Origin: Orbicella franksi
Lineage: Eukaryota
Direction: 5' to 3'
Length of the DNA: 64,000 nt
Assembly (NCBI GenBank): GCA_964199315.1
Contig: OZ116701.1
Location: 31,868,001-31,932,000, forward strand
Part shown: positions 26,801 through 39,278 of the stretch, piece after piece
Layout: each line of letters begins with the position of its first letter
Position numbering within the stretch: the first letter of the stretch is position 1
Notes under the pieces: model-generated
Database searches by the model: none
What the model was told of the DNA's origin: nothing
What the model saw: only the letters and a program-made list of their open reading frames with translations
Program-made: the position numbers and the translations under genes

Positions 26801-29800
26801 CAGTTGTGTATTGAGAGAAAGTCAAGTGTAATACCTTGATAATCATATTTAAATCTCTGATGTACTGGCCCTCAGCAAGCATCATTTCCCGCACAACTTC
26901 GTCATAGGTCAAAGCACCTTGACTGCTCAGCGTCTATCACAAGAAATGTGAGTAATATATTAATTTACCCATGATAGTAATCCATGCTGCACGATAAGAA
27001 TTCTTGTTTGCTCCCTCACTTGTACATTGAATGACTTACTAGCAATTAAATACAATCTTCTTTTCCAAGTATATGTTGTACATGTAGTGTACGGTGGCTT
27101 GATCGGATTTTTTGAGTAACCACAACACCACCATGATGATCATCAATCCATTGATAAAATCCGATCGAGCCACCTTAAAATGCATTTTAGGTAAGAACAA
27201 TTTCAACCTACGTTAAATTTGTCAGTTATTTTTTCCCCACTTTGGGAGGGGGTTCTTAAAATAATAATGTACACACCAGCCACCCCATTCAGTCCATAAC
27301 CTTACCCTACCCTGTCAGAGCCCCCCCCCCCCCCCAAGAGCTTTTTTGTTTTGTACTCACCCAGATATAAACACCTGCTCTCTGACTTCATAACTTCAGC
27401 CTTCATTTCCACTAGGCCATGCAAGAAATCTTTGTAAATTTCCTCACATTTGTTGTTCTAATAGGTTACTGGTCCCAAACTACATATATATCAAACTAGT
27501 TTGAATTCATGCTGACCTAACCTACCTTTTAAACTCCAATATATTTTTGTATTATCACTATAACTGACCTCTGCTTCAACCGATGTCTCAACATCGTCTG
27601 GGTGGAACATGTCCATCAAAACCTACGAAATGTGAAGCAGGACAACCAAATATCAGTGCATTTTTCTATGAAGAAAGCTACCATTATGTAAACCTAGTAC
27701 GCTCTGCAAATTCCTAATTCATCACAGTCTGGGGTGTACTAAGAAGTAACTATACAATTCATGGCCCAAAATGGTGACCAGTTCAATGCAACTGAAAATT
27801 GAGCATTGGCGACTGGAATTTCAAGGCTGGTCACCAGCAGGCAATTAAAAATTTCAGTAACAACTGCCCAATGTTTTGAAGAGGTTTGCAGATAAGGCAC
27901 AAGGACACTAACTGAACTTAAAATCTGTTAACTTAATATTGGACTTCGCTGTGGGAGATCTGTTGTTAGAATGCTGGACATCAGATCAAACAGTCAGATC
28001 GTGCCCTGGCAGGGACCATTGTCTTGTCAAATGAAGCTTAAAAGCCCACCAATGACTAACGAACAATGTCCCAACGGGTTTGTCTAGGACGATTTTAAAC
28101 ACGTGCTTCGTTGGCTGGTAGTATAACAATGTTCTGGTCATTTTTCATTCATTTCAGTGCTTGTTGTTCGTCTTTTATCAAGTTACTGCCAGGTATGTAT
28201 AGGCTGATTGTACTGTGGAAGCTATTCTGCTTCTGTTGTTATCCTTGGCAGGTTCTGATTCTCGTTGACGAGACAGAAGTGCCTCAACACTGGACACAAT
28301 AGACTCGGTCAGCATCCATTTAGGCTTCACTGAGTGCTGACAAACTTTACACTTGCTCAAGTCTTTCAGCCAATACCATCATGGCTGACCAATCACTTTC
28401 AACGTACCAGACATAACATCATCAACTGATAAACACTATTCACTTGACTCTGAAGATGACTTCCATTCAGGTTGTCAAAACGTCAGTCACCAACAATGGT
28501 TCTTTTCAGAACTACTCCCATTCGGACGATCACACAAGGCAAACTATGATTGTTTTATTTTGAAAACCATCAGTACAGTAAAGAGCAGAGAACGTCTCAC
28601 CTTGTCAGCAAACAGTGCCACCTTGATGTCCTGGCATGTGATTTCAACATGTCTGATGTTCTTCACGTAGTTGCCGGCCAGCTAGAGAATAGCAAAACAG
28701 CAGGAAAGATCACACACCATGTCAATTTTGTATATAGGGTTTTTGTGACTTAACTGTGATAATGTCATCCATTTTCACAATCAGAGAAGGTTAACTGATT
28801 GATACAAAGCATGATAAAACCAGAAACCAAAATGTGGCCAAAACTCATTGTAAAAGCACACTACAATGCACACTGGATACACCATAGACAGAAGGTAGGG
28901 AGGGGAGAGTTTTTGAGATTATGTGATTGAACTGAACACAATGACATCCAGCACTAAATCCCTGCAAAATATTTTGAATTGTACTTGCAAGACCAGGAAT
29001 GTCTCATATAACCCAGGATGAGTGATAATCTGGGTACCATTAGCTGTCGTACAAATAGAACCTCTACCTACTGTTAGCTATACAGTAATGGTTGTCTGCC
29101 ATGTCAAATGTGTGGTTCCAGAAAATACCCATACCCACCCCAAGGAGGGCCATTGGAAATTTCAAGGGAGAGGGTGGATCTCAAAAGGCAAAATTTTTCG
29201 ATGAAAGTATGAATGAAAACAAGAAATTTCCAAAGAGATTGGGGGAGAAGGTTCAAACCAAAAAAAGTCCATGACTAGGGGTATGGATATTTTCTGGAAC
29301 CACATACAGTTGAAGCTCCATACGCGAGCACCCAAAATGTCAAGCCTAGGTGGTCGCTAATGACAGTCTAGCCCATATTGGGTCAAAAGGTCATGTCTTT
29401 GGGTTGTGATTGGTAGATTTTGATAAAGTTCTTTTTGTTTCTTTTTTACAAGGTTTTTTGATTGTTGTCGTAATTATGAGTGGCGTCAGGCAAACATGTT
29501 ATCATTAGTTAAGCTTTCACCTTCTGAGTTTGTGTGTTATTGAAAGGTGCAGTAAACAACACGATGAATAACTTTGGCTGACCTTTAATCGTGGATTAGT
29601 ATTGATCGGTTTTCAGCCGGTTCTTACCTTCAAGATATCAGCAGATATGTATTCCATAACAGCTACAATGTACAGGCTCACTTGGAATTCCACCTTGAAT
29701 CCCAGAATATCCTGCAACCCAGAAAAACGCATAAACACACACATTTTAGAGCCCGAAAGTTGATCTGACAGTTAACAGCGAAAGTATTGAGTGAAACATT

Positions 29801-31050
29801 TGTCTAAGTTATTTACCAGAAATTTCAAAGTTTGCTGATGAGCAGAATTTATTATTCTCAACATTTACTGAGAATTACAAAGCTTTTGAAGAATCGAAAA
29901 ATTGTTTCACTTCAGTAATTACAGAACTGAACTTATTCAAGCAAGAAAATAAAAGTAGAACAATTTTTTTGAAGTCAACTAGTAAACAACGTAATTAGAA
30001 AATGCGATTTGCACTGTAAGTATTTGCGAGTATTACTCATCTCAGAGAGATTCTAAAAGTTTTCAAACAAAGTTATAAAAGCAGATCAAGGAAGAGGAAG
30101 TACAACACTATTAGCGAAAAAAGGAGGACGAAAATTTAACAAAGACGGCGACACCTGAGTTGATCAAGATCGAACGCCTTGTTTGCTATAAAATCAGTCA
30201 GACATCGTGAACGCAATTGTTTCGCACCAGCATGTACAAAAAAAAATTTTGAAAGAGGCAATAAACTACTTGAAGCATGTACACAACAAAAAGTGAAAGG
30301 AAAATAGGAAACACTTCAGAGCGCATGGCGCTAAGTTTGTTGATCTGTATAACAGCTAATAAATAAGAGGACCTGTACCAACATGACAGCTCGGTGCATG
30401 CATTAGCAAGCAAAACAAATCGCACTCTGAATGAAAGTTCAACATCACCTTCATGATGATGGGGTGAACTTTATCCGCCGGTAACACCACGGGGCTTTTT
30501 TTCTTTCCCTTTTCAACGGCGGCCTGCGCATCACCGATTGCCCATTTATCGATCGGATGAGGGAATGTGCTTCTAACCCGTTCTTCAACATCCGCCACTG
30601 AACGAGGCTGGCAAGCACACAGGTGATTCAGGAGCTGGACTATCAAAGATTCGATGTACTCCAGCGCTTCGTCGTGAACTTTCAGCGACGGGTGAACCTG
30701 CGATTGGACCTACAAGCGAATTTGAAAGCCCAGTTAGTTAGTTGTAACACTTCTGATCACGCCTCCTCGGTTAGCTAAATTCGCAAATGCAATTAGCGAC
30801 TACATACAGCCGCATATTCTCTGCTAAAACCTTCGTATTAAAGGTGAATACACTCCTCTCTGTCGACACTTTCAAGACCTAATCTACACGCAGGTTACGG
30901 AAAGCAATCGATCGGAATTTGACCATTTTTCCCCGAAACAGGAATGCAGGTCGATCTCTACCTACGTCTTCTTACCTTTCTGAGCGCGGGTACAAACAAT
31001 CCCTTCCATTTTGCGGCGGTTAAATTGTTTTCATACTCAGATATGGGCAT
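8533..31050 (-). CDS. SOS: Son of sevenless Ras/Rac guanine nucleotide exchange factor (histone-fold, DH, PH, REM, Cdc25 and proline-rich tail), about 1251 aa
   Basis: 32 exons in transcript order: 30976-31050, 30449-30709, 29628-29711, 28601-28681, 27569-27622, 26835-26933, 26366-26413, 25185-25325, 24543-24677, 23953-24051, 23199-23249, 22180-22259, 21665-21761, 20840-20879, 20493-20581, 19778-19877, 18348-18465, 17640-17723, 17355-17406, 16771-16849, 16144-16225, 15238-15360, 14842-14998, 14295-14405, 13822-13877, 13113-13305, 12433-12525, 12231-12348, 11169-11259, 10637-10718, 10130-10246, 8533-9198. They total 3756 nt with consistent phases. Motifs include [80 protein letters not shown] and PxxPxR/K repeats. 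It is a co-orthologue of vertebrate SOS1/SOS2. Confidence 0.95.
9232..9501. mobile_element. MITE-like element
   Basis: Short inverted termini AGGGACGG / CCGTCCCT with G-rich and C-rich subterminal tracts, and no ORF. Confidence 0.45.
13366..13690. mobile_element. MITE with 13-bp terminal inverted repeats
   Basis: AGGGAGTTTAGGA...TCCTAAGCTCCCT (1 mismatch), plus subterminal CCACGACGGCGACG / CGTTGTCGTGG. Confidence 0.7.
14406..14841 (-). other. GC-AG intron (SOS intron 23)
   Basis: The exon ends AAG and the donor reads GCAAGT (14841-14836). SOS homology stops exactly there (VISRK) and resumes after TTTTCAG at 14405. Confidence 0.85.
14422..14478. repeat. (TTAA)n microsatellite
   Basis: Two runs of TTAA units, immediately upstream of the SOS exon 24 acceptor. 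Confidence 0.9.
15361..16143 (-). other. U12-type AT-AC intron (SOS intron 21)
   Basis: On the minus strand the 5' splice site is ATATCCTTTT (16143-16134), the branch site is CCTTAAC (15377-15371), 10 nt from the end, and the intron ends in AC (15362-15361). These boundaries restore ...YLIQ-R-FDIPEP in frame. Confidence 0.93.
15502..15930. mobile_element. MITE with long imperfect inverted termini, inside the SOS U12 intron
   Basis: ATAGACCC...ATCTTGCTTGGGGGCAAAC...TTACAGT on the left is mirrored by ACTGTAA...GTTTGCCCCCCAAGCAAGAT...GGGTCTAT on the right. Confidence 0.65.
16905..17050 (-). mobile_element. tRNA-derived SINE, 3' half
   Basis: The reverse complement reads AAATGGGTACCGG...GGACTAGCATCCCATCTAGGGAGGAGTAGAAATACTCC...GAGATAAGCGCCGG, the same family as 3050-3260. 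Confidence 0.62.
17811..17958. mobile_element. Palindromic MITE
   Basis: The arms GTTGTTC..GGATAACGCTATCCACCGGATAAATCACTATCCAG and CTGGATAGTGATTTATCCGGTTGATAGCGTTATCC..GAACAAC are near-perfect reverse complements. Confidence 0.75.
18692..19486. mobile_element. Non-autonomous DNA transposon with TTAA flanks and GG termini (Kolobok-like)
   Basis: A perfect 25-nt inverted repeat, CTTAAGGTGGCCGAACACAGTTTTC (18692-18716) and its complement (19462-19486), includes TTAA at both ends. There is no transposase ORF. Confidence 0.75.
19988..20472. mobile_element. MITE (GACTAGTCCC-rich) interrupted by a second palindromic MITE at 20161-20326
   Basis: Outer termini GGCACACACGAGGGG / CCGCTCGTATGTGCTGACC. 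The inner element ATAGGCCAATT...AATTGGCCTAT has long self-complementary arms. Confidence 0.7.
21888..21989 (+). mobile_element. tRNA-derived SINE head
   Basis: GGGAGGCGTGGTGGCCACATGGTTAG (A-box-like), then GGTTCAAGCCC (B-box-like), then GGCAAGACA, which is shared with 3050-3260. Confidence 0.62.
25585..25880. mobile_element. MITE family copy (ACTCCCATATAAAA...GATCTTGGTACCTC); related copies at 47492-47862 and 63826-63980
   Basis: The blocks CTCCCA(C/T)ATAAA, GGTACCTCTTAGGG, TTTCAAAATTTC.GA and GAGCACCCC recur between these loci. Confidence 0.65.
28440..28550 (+). mobile_element. Penelope-like element terminal fragment with a degenerate minimal hammerhead ribozyme
   Basis: TGACT-CTGAAGA-TGAC-loop-GTC-AAAA-C-GTC-AGTCA at 28445-28489 has stem I, the core, stem II and the palindromic ACGU stem III, but G12 of GAAA is mutated to A. 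Confidence 0.6.
29111..29304. mobile_element. MITE (TGTGGTTCCAGAAAATA...TATTTTCTGGAACCACA); partial copies near 43073-43225 and 44385-44468
   Basis: A 17-bp perfect terminal inverted repeat extends imperfectly to about 25 bp, and the same terminus recurs at the other two loci. Confidence 0.72.
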
Positions 31051-31544
31051 GATATACTGCAGTAATCACATATCATTCCAAACCACAACTAACAGAATCG
31101 GTAATAGCCACCATTCTTGAGATCCAATGAAAAGTGTGACAGCGATTCATACGAACGCGCGTAGGTAGAACCGCTTCCTCTTTTAAGACCGGATTTGCAA
31201 GCTACATAATTGGCCTGTCAGCCTTTGGCTGCGACAATCTTGACACGGAACAACGACTTTCAAGCGCTGATGACCTAGTTCGGCAGTTTGTGGGCTGATA
31301 CACAAAGGAGAGGAAGCAAACTCGGAAATATTACATCAAAACAATAAATTCATCGATCAATCGATTGCAGGTTGGTGGGATGCATGTCTCAGGATAAGTG
31401 TGCGCATCTTTTCTCGGGCACTTACGCTGACTTTCTGATACTGCGGGCGGGATTTGTTTCGTTTTCCTTACAGAGGCATCCACCGGGTCGGGTTGGGTTT
31501 TGGGTCAAAAAAATATAGTTTTTGTCATTCGTTAGGCCTTCACA
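31051..31544. promoter_or_regulatory. Putative bidirectional promoter/5' UTRs, SOS-VTI1B
   Basis: Divergent ATGs at 31050 (-) and 31545 (+). The interval is CpG-rich relative to the introns and contains a GC box (GCGGGCGGG) near 31443. Confidence 0.7.
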
Positions 31545-34500
31545 ATGTCTTCTGAAAAGTTTGAAGACCTCGAGGACGAACTAAAGGTTCTGCACGAAGA
31601 TGTAGCAGGGAAAATAACTAACAAAATTCCAAAGTTATCGGGAGGTAGGTGCCAAATTGAAGCTTCAATTGCGTGATTTGAACATTTTAAGTCTAAGCCA
31701 TACAGCAAATTTTCTATTTCAGAATTGAGAAAAAGCACTATTCGAGAAGTTGAGAAGAAGATCGAAGATGCCAATTTAATAGTGAGTATAGAATGTAAAG
31801 TTAAACTCACGTAAATGTGGCAAATGTCTTGTTGTATCAGTTAGAGCCAATCAAACCAATATTTCTTTCTTCTACTTAAGCTTGAAAGTTTCATTTATTG
31901 TTACATCATTTGCTTATGCTCATCTACTTGCATAACGTCGTTATAAATGTGTGTTTCTTCTTGCCTGATTTATGTATTAACAGAAATGTCTGTTTCAAAG
32001 ACTTGTCACGTGAGTGCATGATGTGATTATCTACACAATGTCCCAGTGATTATTTACACAATGTCACTGGCCGAGGGGAGGGGTGGGTGTGGGGGGATCC
32101 TTAGAGTCTTCACGGGTAACAAATGGTAACATAAAAGATTTGTGGAGACGCACGACCAATGTTTGAAAATCTGCGACTGTAGACTCTAAAATCAGAAAGA
32201 AGCACACAAAAATGAGACTTGAAAATGTGTTTTTAATCATGTTTTTCTCTTAGATGGAGGAGATGGAAGAAGAAGCCAGTTCAGCTCCAGGGACCTATAG
32301 AAACTCCATGATGTCAAAAATACGCAGTTACAGAAGAGATTTTGATAAACTGAGAAAGGATTTGGTAAGATCAGAGGTTTTCACAAAGTGAATTTCCACA
32401 GGATCTGGAATCTGCATCTCCCCCTCTGCATCCCATGCAGAGGGGGGGAGGGGGCAGAGGAGGAGAATTAGCATTACTTCTAGTCACTTCATGCAAAAGA
32501 AACCAAACATAAGCCCTAGCACTGAGTGGCAAGATTTGAACAGACTTAATGTGCTAATATACATGTAAATCTTACATGTGACAGTATCAGTAATTTACTT
32601 ATAAGTTCCATTGTATTGCCGACAGGGAAAACCAAGTGGACAAGTTAATGTGTCATTTGGGAGAGAAGAACTCTTTGATGCAGACCCAATGGTATGCCAA
32701 CTTCATTCATTTATTTTCTTATGCTGAACAACCTAAGAGGTACAGAAACCACGTTTTAACTCCCTGAAAGGTATGATGAGCACCCCTTGTCCTTTGTATA
32801 TAGGATCAGGGGGGGGGGGGGGGGAGAGAGGGGTACAGAGTAGGAAGCAAAAGCCAGAAATGGATTTGTTACAAATGTATTAGTCATGATAACAGAACTA
32901 CTTAAGCAGCAGATCGGAATTAAACATTATTACTATACATGATGCATTTTGCCAGGGCTGATTGTGTGACTGTTTGCTAACATTGATTAGGCTGCACAGA
33001 AAAACAAGGTTCGACAAGGAACAGAGACCTTGAACAGAGCCACAGAAAGTATTGCAAGATCAACCAGGGTTGCTGTGGAAACTGGTAAGTTAGTATTATC
33101 AAGTTAGACTGGTAAATCAGCTGACTTGCATTTTATCAATATAGGCATGTCTCCTTAGCAAATAATATGTCTGTTCAGTAGTAGATTGCAAATACTTGAA
33201 ATGTGGTGAGAATAAAAAAGTGGTACAGAAGTTGTCAGGAAAGTGTGTCGCTGATGTTCTTACCACATTTTGATGTCTTCTGTGATCAATTACTGGAGAG
33301 ATACGTGGCAACATGGAATCTAATGTATATGCTTTATATAATAAAAGATGCAATTAAAAAATGTTAATGACAGTCTGTCCTGCAATAGATCTTGCATAAG
33401 GACCAATCAAAATGGGAAAATAATTCAACTTACTGGTATTAAATAAACTATGTTGGCCATGCATTATTGGTACATTGTACTTAATCAGCTAATGTTTTCA
33501 TGGAGTGTTGGCCAGTGGTTCGGTAGTATCTTGAGCAGTGTGTCTGTCAGTAATGTGTCAACTACATGTAATTTGCTGCTAGTCTTGGGAGCAATGTTTT
33601 GGCTCTGTCATGGTCAATGGATTTGTAGTAGGAGAAAATATTGCATTCGTTTGGTAGTATATAGTGAACATGACCATTGCAGTGGGTGACAAATGTGTTG
33701 GGCGACAAAGGTGCTATTTTAGAGTACTTTAGATGAATTCTCCCCTCCACCTGTTGATACTACCCCTTCCCGCAAGACAATGTTGGATTTATTATCCCTA
33801 AGACTTGCCTCTTTCCTGTACAGCATTGAAAACCGGGGGGGGGGGGGGGAGGGGTGGGGAGTGCTGTTCTCAATGTCAACCAAATTTGGAATGGAATAAT
33901 TGAAATATTGCAATTAGCACTCAATTCAGCCAACTGTCTCAATTACTTATGTCACCCTCTCTAGGTAGTCTTGTAGACAGTGCTACATCAGTGTCTCAAA
34001 GGTTTGATGTTCATATCTAAGATAAAATCACAATATTCTGTTTCTGTGTTTAGAACAAATTGGTGATGAAATAATTGAGGAACTAGGTGATCAACGCGAG
34101 GCCCTTGTTAGGACTAGAGACAGGGTAAGGACATGGATTTCAGAATTTTTTGGCTTCTTTTATCATGCTGCACTGATTACATTTATTTATAGCATCTGTA
34201 AACAAGTCTCTGTCTTTGTGCACTCAGTCCTTCCCATACTCGAAAGATGTCTGAGATATGACCTAAAACATCTATACAATACTGAAGATGGACAAGTCAC
34301 TTCAGAGAGCTCTGTCCGATGTCTTTGGTTGGTTTTTCTTTCTCGACAGTTACCGATCAGAGATACTACTCAGATCTGTANNNNNNNNNNNNNNNNNNNN
34401 NNNNNNNNNNNNNNNNNNNNNNNNNNNNNNNNNNNNNNNNNNNNNNNNNNNNNNNNNNNNNNNNNNNNNNNNNNNNNNNNNNNNNNNNNNNNNNNNNNNN

Positions 34501-36468
34501 NNNNNNNNNNNNNNNNNNNTCAAATTAAAATTACAATTATAACATGCCCGCGGATAGCTGAGCTAATCTAGGCGGGTCATGTTTGGATGAGTTATTAATA
34601 TATAACTAGGTACAACTAAATACAACTGAAGGTAACAAGAGAATTAAAGAGACTAGAATTGACAACAATGACTAAAGACAACTAATAAACTAATGATATC
34701 ACAAATAATAATTAACAACAGTTATGACGAGAGACTACAGATACACTAAAGCGAAATTATTGAGTATTAATGAATACATACTAGGCGGAAAATAAATTCA
34801 GCTTTACTTTTTGAACAATTTCTGTAAGATCAATATAACAGTCTTCTGAAGCTAGAATTTCAAAAAGTATTTGTTTTATTTCCTCTTAAAGACATTTTTT
34901 GGAAGCTTTCTTAAATATATAGGCATAGAATTTTGAGTCAAAACAGAGGGGCCAAAAGAGTTCTTCTTAGTGCTTTGACTTGCAGGAGTTTCATTCACGT
35001 TCGCAGCAGGAGGGTAACTGGTTTTCACAGGCGGGCAAAAGGTTTTGAACTGAACTTTGTTATAGGAAAAATCTCTCCTCTAGATGGTCAAACCAGGTGG
35101 GCAAAATCATCCTCACAACCGATCGATTTACCCAGTGCCCCACCCTTATTAAAAACCCATCTGACCTGGTTAATACTGTTCCTTGCGAAAACTTCCTAAA
35201 CTAAATTGAACAACAGGTAATGAGAGGCAGTAGACTGATCTCTGTACTGTCTCATCATCAGCATGACATTTCTCTGGTCAATTTCTCGGGCAGCCGAACT
35301 GAATTATTGATATTGATTTTAATTTTTTTACAACAGCTCAAGGATGTTGATCAAGACCTGGGCAAAAGCAAGAGAATTCTAAATAGCATGGCAATCAGGT
35401 AAAGTGTAAACCTTTTTCATAATCATACTGCTTTTCATCTAGTTACTTGAATGCCCTTTAGATGGCAGCCTGCATATTTAGTGGTACTGTTGTTTACACA
35501 AGTGCTTAAGCGGCAAAGCTGCGACTGGCCTGTGTAGCAAGCACACAAAAGGAAGGAAGAGGGGACACAAAAAGCAAGAACATGAGAATCACAATGGGAG
35601 GGGGAGGGAGGGGTTCCCCTCCCTCCTCTTTCATATTGTGCTTCACACTCCTTGTATTCCCCACTCCCTCATCACTGTCATTAATCACTTGCCACATAAT
35701 AAAAAAGAAACGTACAATGTAAACAATTTTTTGTTAGGGTGAGGACACCTCCAAAATCCACTAGACTTATAGCAGAAGCCACCTCAGTCATTGATATATC
35801 TAGAAGTTTTAGCTTTGTGTGCACGGCATGACCCTGCCCTTCGAATGTCTGCCATGCACGCTAAGTCGCACCAAGTGATGCTAGCCGCAAGAGACCACTG
35901 GTTTCCTATCCATTCTCACACAGATCCTTTTGTGGTTCAAAACCCTTTTTGGGGATTCTTTTGTTAATATCTTTCGTGTTTGTAAAATTTTATATTTTGT
36001 TTATAGTAGGTCCACATCAGCCCTTCGGCTGCCAAATCCCCTCTACAACCTNNNNNNNNNNNNNNNNNNNNNNNNNNNNNNNNNNNNNNNNNNNNNNNNN
36101 NNNNNNNNNNNNNNNNNNNNNNNNNNNNNNNNNNNNNNNNNNNNNNNNNNNNNNNNNNNNNNNNNNNNNNNNNNNNNNNNNNNNNNNNNNNNNNNNNNNT
36201 GCTACCAAATTTTGCAACCGGGAGAACAATCCCAACAGCTACATGTACAAAGGCTACCATTAAAAGACGATTCATGTACATGTGTAGAAGTATTATTAAT
36301 AAAATTACATAATATTGCAGCTGTATTTTAGCTGTTGATTTTGTTTTCTGGTTTTATTGCAGAATTGCTACAAACAAGCTGATCCTGTTGTGTATCATTT
36401 TGGTTGAATTAGCCATCCTCGCTGCTGTGGTGTATATAAGATTTTTTAAAAAGAGTAAAAAGAGTTAA
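31545..36468 (+). CDS. VTI1B: Vesicle transport v-SNARE VTI1B (Qb-SNARE with C-terminal transmembrane anchor)
   Basis: Exons 31545-31644, 31723-31781, 32254-32364, 32626-32691, 32991-33084, 34054-34124, 35337-35398, 36363-36468 (TAA). Translation MSSEKFEDLE...YRNSMMSKIRSYRRD...QGTETLNRATESIARS...QIGDEIIEELGDQRE...DLGKSKRILNSM...TNKLILLCIILVELAILAAVVYIRFF matches VTI1B. Confidence 0.93.
34381..34520. other. Assembly gap (140 N)
   Basis: Run of N inside VTI1B intron 6. Confidence 1.
34521..34990 (-). mobile_element. 3' fragment of a CR1/L2-clade LINE
   Basis: With one frameshift, the minus strand reads ...RKLPKNVFKRK/IKQILFEILASEDCYIDLTEIVQKVKLNLFSA-stop, resembling the ORF2 C-terminus of CR1-type LINEs. 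An AT-rich 3' UTR follows and runs into the gap. Confidence 0.5.
36052..36199. other. Assembly gap (148 N)
   Basis: Run of N inside VTI1B intron 7. Confidence 1.
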
Positions 36469-37772
36469 AGTGGTTAATTTCTCATCACTTTGCATACGTC
36501 ATGAAGGCAAATTATTATCAAATACAGTAGCCTGTGGCACTGGTGATGAAAATAACCATGAAATAGCATCATAGGTAGTAATATTTGCAGGGGATCTAGC
36601 TGCTTGTATGTAGCCTGTTAAATTATGTATTTTTCTAAATAATACTTATGATTCTATAAAAAATGGAGTGATTTTCAATTGAGTGTTGAAACACCAAAAC
36701 CAAAGTAATCACTGGCCAATCACAGGTAATATGCCCAGACAATCAAGTGAACTAGTCAAAGCTCAAAACAGCTACATATATAGCCATCACAAATCATGGG
36801 AAAAAGTTTGCGGGCAAGCCAGGGAAAAAAAGAGGGAAAGAGATTAAATTCAACCAATCAAGTGCAGTAGTAACATAAATAAACCAAAGCAACTGTGAAT
36901 CACTTTCAGCACTCAAGTGAAAAATGCTAATTATACAGTAATTATCAATGGTAATCTCAACTATTGAGACTTGGCCAGTGGATCTTGGAACACCAGTCTT
37001 AATTTTGTTCAGGTATTTTATTCTCCTTAACAATATCATGGGGGATGAATTACTCCTTAATTTTGGTGCAAAATGTCAGCATTAATTCATAGTTTCACTT
37101 GTGAAGTTGTAAAATTGCCACAGTAATGTTTGGCATGAAATTTCTTGATACAATAAACTAGTCAAAAACCCCATGGTTGCAAGTGTACTTTGTCACCCAT
37201 GATATTAAACGGTAATCAAATGGTGCACCAGTAATCGTAAAATTAAGAAAGAATTTCAATTGCATTTTGCCGAAATTCTAATTATTCTTAGAACTTTGAC
37301 AAAACATGCATGAAATTATTTCCTTATTTCACCCATCACCATTTGATTACCCATAGTAATACCAATTTGTTGAGGTTATGGTTCAATATAATCTATTGAA
37401 CTTAATGAATTTTTGGGGGAAAAGACCCTAAGTTGGATCTGTTTGATCACTTTGTCAGGACATTTTGTATGATGTAGCTGCACCTTTTGTCCAACATGAC
37501 TCAGCAATTGAAACACTATGTAAAGTAGACCAACATGTTTCAGTTAACAGATCATCTCTTTTGCTGCAACCCACAATTTTGGATCAAAATGTTGAAAGCA
37601 CTTTACCTTTACCCCAGAAAAGGCCTCATGAATCCAAATTTGCATTATTATGGTCTTTTTTCCGTACCTAAGCATAATAATTATACTCAATTCTCAACCT
37701 CAGGTCAGCATGAGGAATCCTTCTCTGAACAAATGGGCCTGAGTTTTTTTAACTAGTATACATTCTAGATTA

Positions 37773-38378
37773 TTAAACCTTTGAATACCAACTACGCATA
37801 TACATGTATGCATAATTAATGGTCGTGCTCTTTGTACCACTTGTGACGTCATCAATTTAAATGTCATCAGATATTCTTGATAAGCAGATAGTAGTGCTAG
37901 GCTAGCCCTTTCCGCACAATGGTCAGGTTTAGATATCGACGACATTCTGTCGCAAATCGAAAAATGTTATCAGTTTTGGTGCAAAAAACGGTAGTAAAAT
38001 GGTCCACAACGCCTATGATTAATCAAGGTCCATTTCTAGGCTTTGCCCCGTAATTAACATCCAACTTTTCACTGCAGCCAGAAAGAACATACAATGCAAA
38101 AGGTAGCCAGTGTACATGTAAAAGGGCCAACAAACAAAATTGAGAACGGTTAATGGCCGAAAAAAAAAAAAAAAGTCCAAATTTTGGCTTATGCGCATGC
38201 CCAGACTTGAAGTTTTGCTCAATTTTGTACCTAATCCTCAAAAAATCTCCCCTTTTGGTAAAAAAAAAGCTTTTGTTAGCAAAACTTAGGCTTAGTTAGT
38301 GTCATGGCAGCTACAAAAACCTGACTAAACCGTTGAAAACAGTATTTTTTGGCGAAAGTTTGGTATTCAAAGGGTTAA
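37773..38378. mobile_element. Non-autonomous piggyBac-like element with TTAA target-site duplication
   Basis: TTAA|ACCTTTGAATACC...GGTATTCAAAGGG|TTAA, a 13-bp TIR with 1 mismatch. Confidence 0.68.
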
Positions 38379-39278
38379 AATGGAATCATTCACATGTACT
38401 TCTTACATTATTGTGAATTTTCTGGAACATTTTTGAGGCAAGCACAACAACTAATGCATGATTCAGAAAAATATAAAAAAATTAATAAACTAGTATAATT
38501 TTTCTTCATATACTTGCATGCATGGCAAAGCATGCAACAAAAAATAATTTGTGGGTATTAACAGCAAAACAGCCCCCAAAATACCTTATACACCAATCAA
38601 AGTGTTTGCCTGCTTGTAGAGGAGCAAAAGATATCAGGTATATCTTTCAAACAGTCCAACATTAATATGAATACATCTTTAAAATGCATCTTGTTTTGTA
38701 CATACATATAGGAATTAAATAATTCATGCCTGATGTAGAATTTGTTTTTATATCAGGAAAATTATAGAACATTAAATTTTGAAATAGGAAATCTAATGGA
38801 AGTAGAGAACAAGTTTATACAAGAATGAAGTGCATTAATTTAATGTAATAATCAGATTTGTGACCCTGGTCATGACACTCTTCCTTCATTTTTGTGCATA
38901 ATTTGTTTTTATTTGGACTTTCATTCTGATTTTACTTATTCTTCCATCTCTTGGACCTCCTCTCGTGATATTGTGTTTCACTTGATAACATTATTCTTCC
39001 TGCTGTAAATGCATAATAAATATTTCGTGGGATTAAATTCATTAAACCCAGGTGAATGGCATCAGCAAAATCAATTGAGGGAATTCTACCTTTCCTAATC
39101 CTTCAGTAGCATCCAATTACTAGGCAGTCATTTTATGCACCTCGCCAACCATTTAAACAGTGCAAGCCCACTACAAGAAACCCCTACAAATATTCTGCCA
39201 ACAATGAATTTTATGCCAGGTGGTGCAACCCGACCTAGCATGGTGAAAACATTTCCCCAGTCCTTTGGCACTTCAATA

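Noticed and set aside
34218-36331. ORFs spanning the two N gaps
   Set aside because: They are open only because N codons are never stops.
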